Origin: Candidatus Obscuribacteraceae bacterium
GTDB taxonomy: Bacteria > Cyanobacteriota > Vampirovibrionia > Obscuribacterales > Obscuribacteraceae
Direction of reading: 5' to 3'
Length of the DNA stretch: 64,000 nt
Assembly: GCA_044226015.1 (NCBI GenBank)
Contig: JBGAHS010000010.1
Span: 192,001-256,000 of the forward strand
Below are positions 35,765-45,140 of this stretch, piece after piece (positions within the stretch are counted from its first letter, which is position 1; each line of letters starts with the position of its first letter). A model generated the notes under the pieces. The model made no database searches. It was not told the origin of the DNA and saw only the letters and a list, made by a program, of their open reading frames with translations. Made by a program: the position numbers and the translations under genes.

Positions 35765-35822
35765 CCTGGGAGCGCCGTCAACCTGGCGGCTTCTATCCTG
35801 GTAGCGCCGCTATCCTGGCGCC
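35765..35822 (+). repeat. Two tandem REP-like palindromes (TGG(G/T)AGCGCCGY-n-TGGCG)
   Basis: CCTGGGAGCGCCGTCAACCTGGCGGC and CCTGGTAGCGCCGCTATCCTGGCGCC; related copies at 36201-36219, 50243-50270, 50396-50423 and 50676-50704. Confidence 0.75.
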
Positions 35823-35841
35823 TAGAAAATACTGAAAGTAA

Positions 35842-36045
35842 TCAGAAATAGCGAAGTGCGCGTCGGGCCTGTCGGCTGATCATATAGACCTCATAAATAT
35901 CGTCATCCTGATCCAGCTCTTTCAAGGTGTGAGGGTCCACAACCTTATGGTCGAACCATTCACCATAGGCAAAGCTAGCAACAAAGCCATCATCCTCATC
36001 ATGAACAAATTTGCGCTCTTCATCCTCAGAGCTAAAAACACGCAT
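35842..36045 (-). CDS. Small acidic hypothetical protein
   Basis: AAGGAG RBS before the ATG; 67-aa ORF with protein-like composition. Confidence 0.6.
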   Translation of the reverse strand: MRVFSSEDEERKFVHDEDDGFVASFAYGEWFDHKVVDPHTLKELDQDDDIYEVYMISRQARRALRYF

Positions 36046-36224
36046 ACGAGACTCCTTTACCTAACAGACTCAAAGATCATCTTGTTCAAGAGTACGCATT
36101 GAAATTCCAACAACTCAATTGGAAGAAGATTTCCGTGAACTATCGCGCAAGGCATTTTTCTGATTGATTGGACTCTTTGCCGACTTTCAACGTTTACATA
36201 AGGATGGCGGCACTCCCAGCTGGC

Positions 36225-37511
36225 TCAGGAATTAGCTATAGAAAGAATGTGATTGGCAGCCTCTCTTGCCGCATTGTGCTGCTTGATAGAGTCCGCAAGT
36301 TTCTTTGCAGCAGATTTGTAGGATGGGTTGCGCAGAAGCACCTTCACCGCTCGGCGAATTGAAGAACTGCTTGGTGTGGCGGTTTTTAAGTTAATGCCTG
36401 CACCAGACCACTCTACGCGGTTTGCTACTTCCGGTTTGTCTTCTGTGCTTCCTGCTGCAACTATGGGCACACCTTCAGACAGCGCGTAATGTACACCACC
36501 ATAGCCACCATTTGTGACAAACACATCAACATGCTTCATCAGTTCACTGTAGGGCAGGAATTTCGCGAGGCGAACATTCTTGGGTAGTTCTGGAAGGCTG
36601 CCGTAGGGCAAATTCTTAGCAGAAACAACCGTAAGAACGTCCATGTCTGCCAGCGCATATATGGTTGGCATGATCAATTCATCTATTTTGGTTGCGATAG
36701 TTCCCTGGGCTACATGCACCACGGGCTTATCGCTATCGACCATTTCTTGCCACCAGTCTGGCTTTTCTGCTGACTTTGGAGCCTCGGGCAAAAGTGGTCC
36801 GATGAATCTGACATTTTCAGGCATATTTTTTCTGGAGTATTCAAACTCTTCCACAGTTCCCTGCAAGTAGAGTTTGCACCCTTTAACAACGCCTTCAAAG
36901 ACTCCGTCACCATCTGGCTCTAAGTTGAATGTTGCTCTAACAGAGTTGCGATAATCAATTACATCTTTGAACAAGACGCGATTGGAAAGCATGTGCAAGG
37001 CCTGGTTTTTATATTTGCCTAGCTTCGACTCATCTGGCAAAAGTCCCAGTCCGAATGGTGCAACATTTTCATCTGGCAAAGGAAACGCAGTGATACCAAA
37101 TGCGATGCAAGGGGGTCCGCCAATTTGTGCCAGAAGCGGACCAGAGGCGAATGCAGTGTCAACCACGGTGACTTTGGCCGGGAATGTTTTCAGGATTGTC
37201 TGCATTTCCTTCACACTTTGAGGAATGTGTGCAGTAAAAATCTGTTTCAAGTCAAATTTGAGCTGCTCAAGCCCTTGCAGGTTCTTCCTGTCGGGAAAGT
37301 ATGTGTCGAGGTCTGCGTCGTTAAAGTCCCAGAGGGGGCTGGCTTGGAAATGTTTGGCGCCTGTGGCTTCAATTGCAGCCTTAAACTTCTTTCCTGTGTA
37401 CCATGCGACCTCGTGACCCTCGTCCACAAGCTGCTTAGCAATGGGTAATCCAGGATTAACGTGCCCTGTAATCGGCATCGTGGCGAACAATATCTGTGCC
37501 ATTTCTTTCAC
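36225..37511 (-). CDS. Family 1 (MGT/UDPGT-like) glycosyltransferase
   Basis: GHVNPGLPIA..L...GHEV, VHVAQGT, FLPYSELM..VDVFVTNGGYGGV..AL..GVP and EDKPEVA.RV...GAG. Confidence 0.93.
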   Translation of the reverse strand: MKEMAQILFATMPITGHVNPGLPIAKQLVDEGHEVAWYTGKKFKAAIEATGAKHFQASPLWDFNDADLDTYFPDRKNLQGLEQLKFDLKQIFTAHIPQSVKEMQTILKTFPAKVTVVDTAFASGPLLAQIGGPPCIAFGITAFPLPDENVAPFGLGLLPDESKLGKYKNQALHMLSNRVLFKDVIDYRNSVRATFNLEPDGDGVFEGVVKGCKLYLQGTVEEFEYSRKNMPENVRFIGPLLPEAPKSAEKPDWWQEMVDSDKPVVHVAQGTIATKIDELIMPTIYALADMDVLTVVSAKNLPYGSLPELPKNVRLAKFLPYSELMKHVDVFVTNGGYGGVHYALSEGVPIVAAGSTEDKPEVANRVEWSGAGINLKTATPSSSSIRRAVKVLLRNPSYKSAAKKLADSIKQHNAAREAANHILSIANS

Positions 37512-37853
37512 CAGTTGGTTAACCCATTCATTTTATATAGATTAGCTTCTCAATTTGCTTTTGCTGTCCATAGATTCACAGAATGAGACAGAGCCGTCCA
37601 GCCGCTTTCTAAGCGGGTTTTTGTCGGTAATCAAGAAATGCTCGATTGAGCAACGTAGGGTCGATATTTCATCATAGAATTAGTCAACCTTCGCCCGCGA
37701 CCCTAATTTTAACTACTGAATACTGTCTGGGCAGAGCATATGAGAATTAGCATGCTAGGATAAATCTCCCAGATCTCTGCTAGAGCACAATACAAGCAAC
37801 TCTTGGCTTCGGACGCTCTGGAAAACTTGTGAGAAGTCGCAAAGGAGAACAAT

Positions 37854-38843
37854 ATGCAGCTCGGAATGATTGGTCTTGGGCGAATGGGCAGCAATATGGT
37901 TCGCCGTTTGTTGAAAGCCAAAATTGATTGTGTCGTCTATGATCAAAACCCTGCTCCGGGTCAAGCTCTGGCTAAGGAAAACGCTGTTGCCGTGGGCAGT
38001 GTTGAAGAGATGGTTGCAAAGCTGGCAAAGCCAAGAGCTGTTTGGATCATGGTTCCAGCTGGGGGACCAACCGAGGCTTGCATTGAGTCTTTGAAAGACA
38101 AGCTCGAGGCTGGCGATACCATCATAGATGGCGGAAATTCCTATTTCAAAGACGATGTTCGCAGAGCAAAGATGCTCGCGGAAAAAGGAATCCACTTCGT
38201 TGACGCAGGCACCAGTGGTGGTGTCTGGGGCATGGAACGCGGTTATTGCTTGATGGTCGGTGGTGAGTCAGAAGTGGTTAAACGTCTTGACCCAGTTTTC
38301 AAAGCGCTAGCACCGGGTCGTGGCTATATACAGAGAACCCCAGGAAGAGAGAACATCCAGTCGACAGCAGAAGATGGCTATCTGCATTGTGGACCTGTGG
38401 GGTCAGGACACTTCGTGAAGATGGTTCACAATGGTATTGAGTACGGTATTATGCAGGCATACTCTGAAGGCTTCGACATTTTTAAGAATGCCAACAGCCA
38501 TGAGCTTGAGGAGTCTTATCGTTATGATCTTAATGTTGGCGAGATAGCCGAAGTTTGGCGTCGAGGTAGTGTCGTCGGCTCATGGTTGCTTGACCTGGCT
38601 GCGATGGCACTTGTCGAAGACCCTGAGTTAAGTAGTTATAGTGGTTATGTTCAAGACTCTGGAGAAGGGCGTTGGACCGTGAATGCGGCCATCGATGAAT
38701 CAGTTTCTGCAGAGGTTTTGACCGCCGCACTGTACGCACGATTTCGTTCGCGCCGCGACCACACCTTTGGTGAGAAGGTACTCTCAGCAATGAGGCAGAA
38801 GTTTGGCGGACATATTGAAGTAAAACCACCAGCTAAAACATAG
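37854..38843 (+). CDS. gnd: 6-phosphogluconate dehydrogenase (decarboxylating, short type)
   Basis: [56 protein letters not shown]. Confidence 0.96.
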   Translation: MQLGMIGLGRMGSNMVRRLLKAKIDCVVYDQNPAPGQALAKENAVAVGSVEEMVAKLAKPRAVWIMVPAGGPTEACIESLKDKLEAGDTIIDGGNSYFKDDVRRAKMLAEKGIHFVDAGTSGGVWGMERGYCLMVGGESEVVKRLDPVFKALAPGRGYIQRTPGRENIQSTAEDGYLHCGPVGSGHFVKMVHNGIEYGIMQAYSEGFDIFKNANSHELEESYRYDLNVGEIAEVWRRGSVVGSWLLDLAAMALVEDPELSSYSGYVQDSGEGRWTVNAAIDESVSAEVLTAALYARFRSRRDHTFGEKVLSAMRQKFGGHIEVKPPAKT

Positions 38844-38862
38844 AGGAACAGGAGCAGGAATC

Positions 38863-39291
38863 ATGATTACCGAAAAAATTGTCATCAAAGCACCACCCGA
38901 AGTTGTTTTTGAGGCCATCAAGAAGCAGAGAGTTAGCCGCAGGCACTCTGTTGAGTCTTACGATGGAAAGATAGCCGTGGTCAAAGAGTCAATGGAAGGC
39001 ATTCCTGTCTATGGGAATGTGGAATGTGTCTGGCAGGAGACGGAAAGCCCGTTCACCAGAATTGATTTCAAAATGTTGAGTTCTACAAAGTTCAAAGAAT
39101 CCTATGGGGCGTTCATCCTTGTTGCTTCAAATGACGGGCAATCCACAACCTTGGAACTGCAGGCTCATATGGACGCAGGAATTAATGTCCCTTTTGCCGC
39201 AGAAATGACCAAAGCATCTACAGTAAAGGATTCTAAGCTTCGTCTCGAGAAAATCAAGAAGCTTGCTGAGGAAGATCATAAGGGCAAGTAG
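38863..39291 (+). CDS. SRPBCC/START-fold protein
   Basis: IVIKAPPEVVFEAI start, beta-rich core and C-terminal helix LEKIKKLAE. Confidence 0.7.
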   Translation: MITEKIVIKAPPEVVFEAIKKQRVSRRHSVESYDGKIAVVKESMEGIPVYGNVECVWQETESPFTRIDFKMLSSTKFKESYGAFILVASNDGQSTTLELQAHMDAGINVPFAAEMTKASTVKDSKLRLEKIKKLAEEDHKGK

Positions 39292-39366
39292 AATTTCAAA
39301 GTTCCGAAAAGATTGAGAAATCTAGTAGAATGAATACTGGGCTGAGTTTTAGCCGGGTAGTCAAGC

Positions 39367-41136
39367 GTGCCTCTTCGCGAACGAATAATTGGAATCGACC
39401 TTGGAACAACGAACTCCTGCGTTGCTGTCTCTGAGTTCGGCAAAACTGTTGTCATTCCTAACATCGAGGGTGGGCGAACTACTCCGTCGGTTGTATATCT
39501 AGACCATAGTGGAAGCCGATTGGTTGGTGCACCTGCCAAGCGCAGGGCCATCAAATATCCTGACCGAACCATTGCTTCTGTCAAAAGGCACATGGGAACC
39601 AACCACAGGGTTGTCGTTGACAACATTGCCTATTCGCCAGAGCAAATTTCGTCCTATATCCTGGAAAAACTCAAGATTCAGGCTGAGGATTATCTAAACG
39701 AGAAAGTTAGCAAGGCTATCATCACCGTTCCAGCTTACTTCGATGATGCTCAGCGACTGTCGACACGACATGCTGGTAAGCTCGCTGGACTGGAAGTTTT
39801 GCGCGTCATCAATGAGCCGACTGCTTGCGCACTGGCTTATGGACTAAATAAAGTATCGCCAGGACAGGAAACTAACATCATCATATTTGACTTCGGTGGT
39901 GGTACTTTCGACGTTTCCATTTTGCACATCTCCGAGGGCGTAGTACAAGTTAGAGCCACTAGCGGCAACAACAGACTTGGTGGTGATGACTTTGACACAC
40001 GCATAGCGCAATTCATCAACAGCCATGTTATGCAGAAGCATGGCGTTAACCCCGGCGTGGATATCATCGCCAGAATGAGACTGACTGAGGCTGCAGAAAA
40101 GGTCAAAGTCGACCTCAGTGGTATGCGCTATACAAATGTTCAGTTGCCGTTTCTCGCAGTCGCAAAGGGCGGAGAGCCAGTGCATCTCGACATGAATATT
40201 TCTCTCGATGAGTTCAATAAGATTACCGCAGACCTGGTGCGTGCGACTGCTATACCTATTGAAACAGCTCTAGCAGATGCGAAGTTAAAACCGTCCGATA
40301 TAGAAAAAGTTGTGATGGTGGGTGGCACCACTCGTGTACCTGCTGTGCAACAGTTCATCAGAAGCTACTTCAATATGGAACCCGCAAAAACCATCAACCC
40401 AGATGAAGCCTGCGCAATCGGTGCAGCAATTCAGGGTGGTATTTTGTCCGGCGAGATAGAAGACATTCTGTTGCTAGACGTCATTCCTTTGAGTCTTGGA
40501 ATTGAAACCGATGGTGGCATGTGCACTCGAATTATTGAGCGCAACACACCCATACCTGTGTCTAGATCTCATACATTTACTACCAGTCGTGCGAACCAGT
40601 CAAGTCTTGCTGTGCATGTTTTGCAGGGAGAAGGTCAGACCGCCGCCGGCAACATTTCGCTGGCTCGTTTTCAAATAAACGATATCCCGAAGGGACCAGC
40701 CGGAACTAAGGTTGAAATTGAGTTTCATGTTGATGCAGATGGCATCTTCCAGTGCGGTTATAAGCACGCGAATTCCTCGCGTCAGGCTATCGTGTTGAAG
40801 AGAACGTCTGGATATGACATGGAGCAATTGGAAAAGTTGCTTGCTGAGGAAAAAGAGGTTCTTTCAACGCGTTCCAGAGCGCAAAAGGAACTCGACGCCG
40901 AAGAAGAATCCTTGCGTAAAGGAGAGACGCCAGCAACACGAAGCGCCCCCGCAGCTGGCAAGCCTAACGCTGGACGCTCTATAACTACTACCGGACAATT
41001 TGCGATTCCTGGTCAACAACCTAAAGACGCTTTCAGCACCAACCCCGGTGACTTGAACGGGGAAAATGGAAGCGGAAAGCGCGGATTTATGGACTCTATC
41101 AAGGATTTTCTTGCAGGACTTTTCGGCAAGAAGTAA
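39367..41136 (+). CDS. Hsp70/DnaK family paralog lacking the canonical helical lid
   Basis: GIDLGTTNS, TVPAYFDDAQR, INEPTA, DFGGGTFDVS, VGGTTRVP and linker DILLLDV; diverges after the beta substrate-binding domain. Confidence 0.9.
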   Translation: MPLRERIIGIDLGTTNSCVAVSEFGKTVVIPNIEGGRTTPSVVYLDHSGSRLVGAPAKRRAIKYPDRTIASVKRHMGTNHRVVVDNIAYSPEQISSYILEKLKIQAEDYLNEKVSKAIITVPAYFDDAQRLSTRHAGKLAGLEVLRVINEPTACALAYGLNKVSPGQETNIIIFDFGGGTFDVSILHISEGVVQVRATSGNNRLGGDDFDTRIAQFINSHVMQKHGVNPGVDIIARMRLTEAAEKVKVDLSGMRYTNVQLPFLAVAKGGEPVHLDMNISLDEFNKITADLVRATAIPIETALADAKLKPSDIEKVVMVGGTTRVPAVQQFIRSYFNMEPAKTINPDEACAIGAAIQGGILSGEIEDILLLDVIPLSLGIETDGGMCTRIIERNTPIPVSRSHTFTTSRANQSSLAVHVLQGEGQTAAGNISLARFQINDIPKGPAGTKVEIEFHVDADGIFQCGYKHANSSRQAIVLKRTSGYDMEQLEKLLAEEKEVLSTRSRAQKELDAEEESLRKGETPATRSAPAAGKPNAGRSITTTGQFAIPGQQPKDAFSTNPGDLNGENGSGKRGFMDSIKDFLAGLFGKK

Positions 41137-41140
41137 CTGA

Positions 41141-41794
41141 TTACTTCCAGCGAATCGCTTTCATTGATTGTTTTGCTGAATTCAAATAGGCACCGTAATC
41201 ATTGTGCGGAGCTTTGAAATAAATCTCTTGAACAGTTTCACCCTTCCCGTCTGGATTTGCGAGAATAGAATAACTGTCGTGATTGACTTCTTTCCAGTTG
41301 CCTTCAATTACGATTACATTTTTTCCGTTTATCGATTCTGTTTTGCATGCAGACATTTTGAAAGCTCTTGAGTCGCCATACGTTCCCAAGATTGCGCCAA
41401 GCGATTCCAGTTCTTTTGGAGTGAGAACGTGCGGAGGCTTGGAGAGAATCTCATGGAAAGCAGCTGCGTTTGCAGAGTAGCGAGTTCCGCGATCGAACAG
41501 AGTCATTTCGATTTCTTTATTGCTTGGTGCATTGAAGCTGCTCGCACTGCCTAATCCAGCGATGCCCGATACCTCTTTGCCTTTTGTCCAGCCTTGAGGC
41601 AAGTCCATCGAGTCAACTGCACCAATATTTGTAACTGCTGTATTCATTTTCTCGCCACTCTTTGGGGTATTCACATTACTTGCCAGCAAGAACGAATCTG
41701 TCGAGAGCCGCTCGCGACTGCCGTCTTCAACCCGAACTTCTTCGGCTTTTTGCTTCTGGTGTTCGTAATTAGCAGGTACGTCGCCTAATACCAT
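41141..41794 (-). CDS. Hypothetical protein, possible PsbP/DcrB-like fold
   Basis: GGAGG RBS; DLPQGW...ESINGKNVIVIEG...QEIYFKAP...SMKAIRWK pattern; lies directly downstream of the LysM protease gene. Confidence 0.6.
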   Translation of the reverse strand: MVLGDVPANYEHQKQKAEEVRVEDGSRERLSTDSFLLASNVNTPKSGEKMNTAVTNIGAVDSMDLPQGWTKGKEVSGIAGLGSASSFNAPSNKEIEMTLFDRGTRYSANAAAFHEILSKPPHVLTPKELESLGAILGTYGDSRAFKMSACKTESINGKNVIVIEGNWKEVNHDSYSILANPDGKGETVQEIYFKAPHNDYGAYLNSAKQSMKAIRWK

Positions 41795-41846
41795 TGTCGT
41801 TCCTCCAGTTTGTTTTTACTTCTTAGGTCCCGAGTCAAAAAAACGC

Positions 41847-44684
41847 TTAGACGCCTGTTGCCGTTCTAATTGCTGCAGCTCTGGCTGCTGGCAGGAATTT
41901 CAACATCTGATTGTATTTTGCAAGTGTTTTGGCTTTCTCACCCGGGTAAGTCTCGCCTTCATCTGTCCAGTCTTGTTGCTGTCTTTTCATTGTGGCGATT
42001 ATAGCGGCATCGTATTGTGCATCGGTGAGTTTTCCTGCGTTCTTCTCAAGGCGCAACATTTCCATTTCCTTGAACCCGTCTTCGGTGCCCTTGACCTTGT
42101 CCCACGCGACGTCTTTTTCGATGCTTGCCAGCGATTCAGCGCTTGTTGACGGACGCGTCGCTCCGTAGAGGTCGTGCAGGCTGACGCTGTGGTCACCAGA
42201 CTGACTCCATTGGTTGTCGATTTTGGCTTGGCCTGTTGCTGGGTCGTAGTCGGTAATTGTCACCACGTGAGCACCGCCAGCACCACCATTGGTACCTGCT
42301 CCTGAATCGGTGAAGAAGGGCTCGTTTTGTGCATCGACCCAAATGATTATGGGCATTTTTCCGTCTTTTTTTGCTTGCTCTAGCTGTTTGCCGAGGTCTT
42401 TTTCCGACTTGACTTTTACCGTATTGTTATCGCCAAACATGCCGTTGATAAAGACGAAGTCCTTTTCGTTCTTACCGGTGATGTTGTTACTGATTGTCTC
42501 CAATTCACTGGTTGGAATGTCAGGAGGGCTGATTGGATTTCCTGCTGCATCAGTGGCCGGTGTTCTTGGGGTGGTCGCGTTATTGAATACTCTTTCGCCA
42601 GTGTCTGTCGGTCCTGTTGGTGTCACTTGCTCATAGGTCAGCTGGCCTGGTGGTGTGGTTGCACGATTTAATCGATCATAGTAGTCGTTCACTGCGGTAA
42701 CCTGGAACACCTGGCTGGCGAAGCTACGTTGGTTATCTGGTGATGGATTGTTCACACCCTGGAAATCAGGTTGCAAGCTACCTGATGGTACCTGGACAAC
42801 GCGTCCGTCCGACATTTTGACTTGACCTGTAGTGGCGGCTTCCGTGACTACCCGAGCTGCTTCTGAAGGGTTGCGTAAATACATGCGGCTCTCTACCGTA
42901 GTCACGTTACATGTGCCGTGATATCCCTGGCGAACTTCGTTAGGATGGGCGGCTTGATGCAAAACCTGTTCGGCAAGCATGGTTCTGTCAGATTGCTTCA
43001 CCGGTACATCGCCCGTAGACTCGAGCAGTTTAGAAACCTGTTCATAGGTTTTTGCAATTTCCTCTGGCGCCATTGGCGGTTCTTGCTCAGCTGCACGCTT
43101 TTCGAACTCTTTCATGTCTTGCTTGGCTCTGTCTAAGCCAGCAGGGTCATTCTTGAATTTGTTTTCCAGGTCTTCGTTTAAGCGGGCACGTTGTGCTTCA
43201 ATTCTTTCCTTAGTATCTTTCGGCTCGTGACCGACTTTGTCGCCTTCATTATCGGCTATCTTGTATTTACCATCAGCCGTCTTAATCACGTCGTAGTTGT
43301 CTTCTGGCTTTGGTCCCCAGTGATGCTCTGAATAACCGCCGCCTTCATTAGGCTTCTTTACGTCGCCTGTGCCGTCAGCGTTTTCGTGGCGAACAGTTCC
43401 ATCCGCCCATGATGTGGTTTTGTTTCCATGATAATCAGTAACCTGAGTTCCACCATCAGCCGTTTTTTTAACTGTGTAGTTATCGGTTGGTTTAGGACCC
43501 CAGTGATTTTCGCTGCCATCAGGCTTTCTGGTAAAGCCTGTTCCATCATCACGATTGACTCGCTCGGTTTTGTCCTTCCAGGTCGTGACGTTTTCATGCT
43601 TGCCCTCGTCTCGAATGACAGTGCCACCGTCTGCAGTGTGTCCTGGAATTTGTAGCTTTTGCCCATCGAGAATCAGGTTTGGGTCCTTTATGTGATTGAG
43701 TTTGGCAATCTCCATCACATGTTTGTGGATTTCATCTTTGCTTGCGCCTGGTCCCAAGTGCTCTTTTGCGATTTTTGTAAGAGTGTCTCCTGGTTTAACA
43801 ACATGCTCTTCCGGAGGCACGTCCTTTTTAATTTCAGCGCCATAAAATGGATTGTCTTCTCCATAAGCACCTTTTGTAGCTTTCCCAGCCGTTTTGTCGC
43901 CGGGGGCTGTCGTAGTGTCTTTCGGCGGAGCGCCAGCATTGTCAGTTGTTGGCGCAACCACAGTGTCCATAGGGTTTGGAGTGGTTGGCAGCTCTGGCAA
44001 AGTGCGAGCATTGCTCATTTCGCCAGTAGGAATATTGAAATCCTTGTCCCCTGAGCTGGGCATCTCGCCCGTCGGAATGTTGAAACCCTTGTCACCCGGT
44101 TGCATTTCCCCAGTCGGAATGTGAAATCCCTCGTCGCCAACTGGAATATGGATGCCTTTTTCAGCGCCCGGAATCTCACCTGTTGGAATGTTGAAACCCT
44201 TATCTCCGACTGGAACAGATATGCCTTTCTCAGCACCAGGAATTTCGCCCGTAGGAATATTGAAGCCCTTATCACCGGGTTGCATTTCGCCTGTCGGGAT
44301 ATTGAAGCCTTTATCACCGGGTTGCATTTCGCCTGTCGGGATATTGAAGCCTTTATCACCGGGTTGCATTTCGCCCGTAGGGATATTGAAGCCTTTATCT
44401 CCAACCGGCAGCTGCATGCCTTTTTCCGCGCCTGGAATTTCGCCCGTTGGAATATTGAAACCTTTGTCTAGCAAGCCTGCTGCCTTTAGAGGATCCTGGT
44501 AAGCTGATTCCAGATTAAGGTCAATTTGCTTGGCAATGTCTGTTACAACTTGGACGGCAGTATTGGACGCTTCCTTTAATTCGTTCCATAGATTTGATGA
44601 TAACGACTTTGCACTTCTACTGGCTCTACTTGTGTCTTCTGTAGCTTGCTCAATAGGGCTGCTTGGTGATTCGTTGTCTGTCAT
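41847..44684 (-). CDS. LysM-domain protein with peptide repeats and C-terminal papain-like cysteine peptidase domain
   Basis: LysM HVVKPGDTLTKIA...IAKLNHIKDPNLILDGQKLQIP; putative catalytic motifs QGYHGTC, AHVVTI and IDNQW; no signal peptide. Confidence 0.75.
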   Translation of the reverse strand: MTDNESPSSPIEQATEDTSRASRSAKSLSSNLWNELKEASNTAVQVVTDIAKQIDLNLESAYQDPLKAAGLLDKGFNIPTGEIPGAEKGMQLPVGDKGFNIPTGEMQPGDKGFNIPTGEMQPGDKGFNIPTGEMQPGDKGFNIPTGEIPGAEKGISVPVGDKGFNIPTGEIPGAEKGIHIPVGDEGFHIPTGEMQPGDKGFNIPTGEMPSSGDKDFNIPTGEMSNARTLPELPTTPNPMDTVVAPTTDNAGAPPKDTTTAPGDKTAGKATKGAYGEDNPFYGAEIKKDVPPEEHVVKPGDTLTKIAKEHLGPGASKDEIHKHVMEIAKLNHIKDPNLILDGQKLQIPGHTADGGTVIRDEGKHENVTTWKDKTERVNRDDGTGFTRKPDGSENHWGPKPTDNYTVKKTADGGTQVTDYHGNKTTSWADGTVRHENADGTGDVKKPNEGGGYSEHHWGPKPEDNYDVIKTADGKYKIADNEGDKVGHEPKDTKERIEAQRARLNEDLENKFKNDPAGLDRAKQDMKEFEKRAAEQEPPMAPEEIAKTYEQVSKLLESTGDVPVKQSDRTMLAEQVLHQAAHPNEVRQGYHGTCNVTTVESRMYLRNPSEAARVVTEAATTGQVKMSDGRVVQVPSGSLQPDFQGVNNPSPDNQRSFASQVFQVTAVNDYYDRLNRATTPPGQLTYEQVTPTGPTDTGERVFNNATTPRTPATDAAGNPISPPDIPTSELETISNNITGKNEKDFVFINGMFGDNNTVKVKSEKDLGKQLEQAKKDGKMPIIIWVDAQNEPFFTDSGAGTNGGAGGAHVVTITDYDPATGQAKIDNQWSQSGDHSVSLHDLYGATRPSTSAESLASIEKDVAWDKVKGTEDGFKEMEMLRLEKNAGKLTDAQYDAAIIATMKRQQQDWTDEGETYPGEKAKTLAKYNQMLKFLPAARAAAIRTATGV
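44013..44468 (-). repeat. Nine coding repeats of DKGFNIPTGE (mostly 42-bp and 69-bp units)
   Basis: Counted in the translation: 14-aa units (..MQPG) and 23-aa units (..IPGAEKGxxxPVG). Confidence 0.95.
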
Positions 44685-45140
44685 GGGTTTATTTCCTGAC
44701 TAGTCTGATAGCAATAAGGAGAACGACGACGAAAGTTTGCCATTTAGGGCTGTCTTGACATTAAAAATCTCTGATATTGCACATTATGCAAATGGTCTAA
44801 GCAATTTCCCACGGACGCCTTGTGTCGTCAAGAGTGTTCGTTTAAGCTCCTTTCCTTCGTAAATAGGACTTCGGAGCCTTAGTGATACCGCCCTTGATGG
44901 CTGAGTTCTTCTTGCAAGGATTTGTAGTTTTGTCCGATATTACTGGGGTTTAGTCCCCGAGTAGTATTTCAGGTGGTGGCATTATTTCTGCTTGATATGT
45001 GCTTGATTAGCGTGTATGTTCATGAATAGGAGTTTTGTAGAAACTTTACCAATTTGGAAGTGGACGATTTTATCTGCCGCGATACTGGGTAAAAAAACAA
45101 CAATACTCTGTCCAGAGTCCGCAGTGTGGGGGGCTGACCA

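Noticed and set aside
37602..37622. Terminator-like hairpin CCGCTT/AAGCGG followed by a T run, in the divergent gap before gnd
   Set aside because: Short stem and no upstream + strand gene or supportable sRNA to terminate.
39367..41136. Housekeeping dnaK
   Set aside because: Lacks the full helical lid and the dnaJ/grpE context; treated as a paralog.
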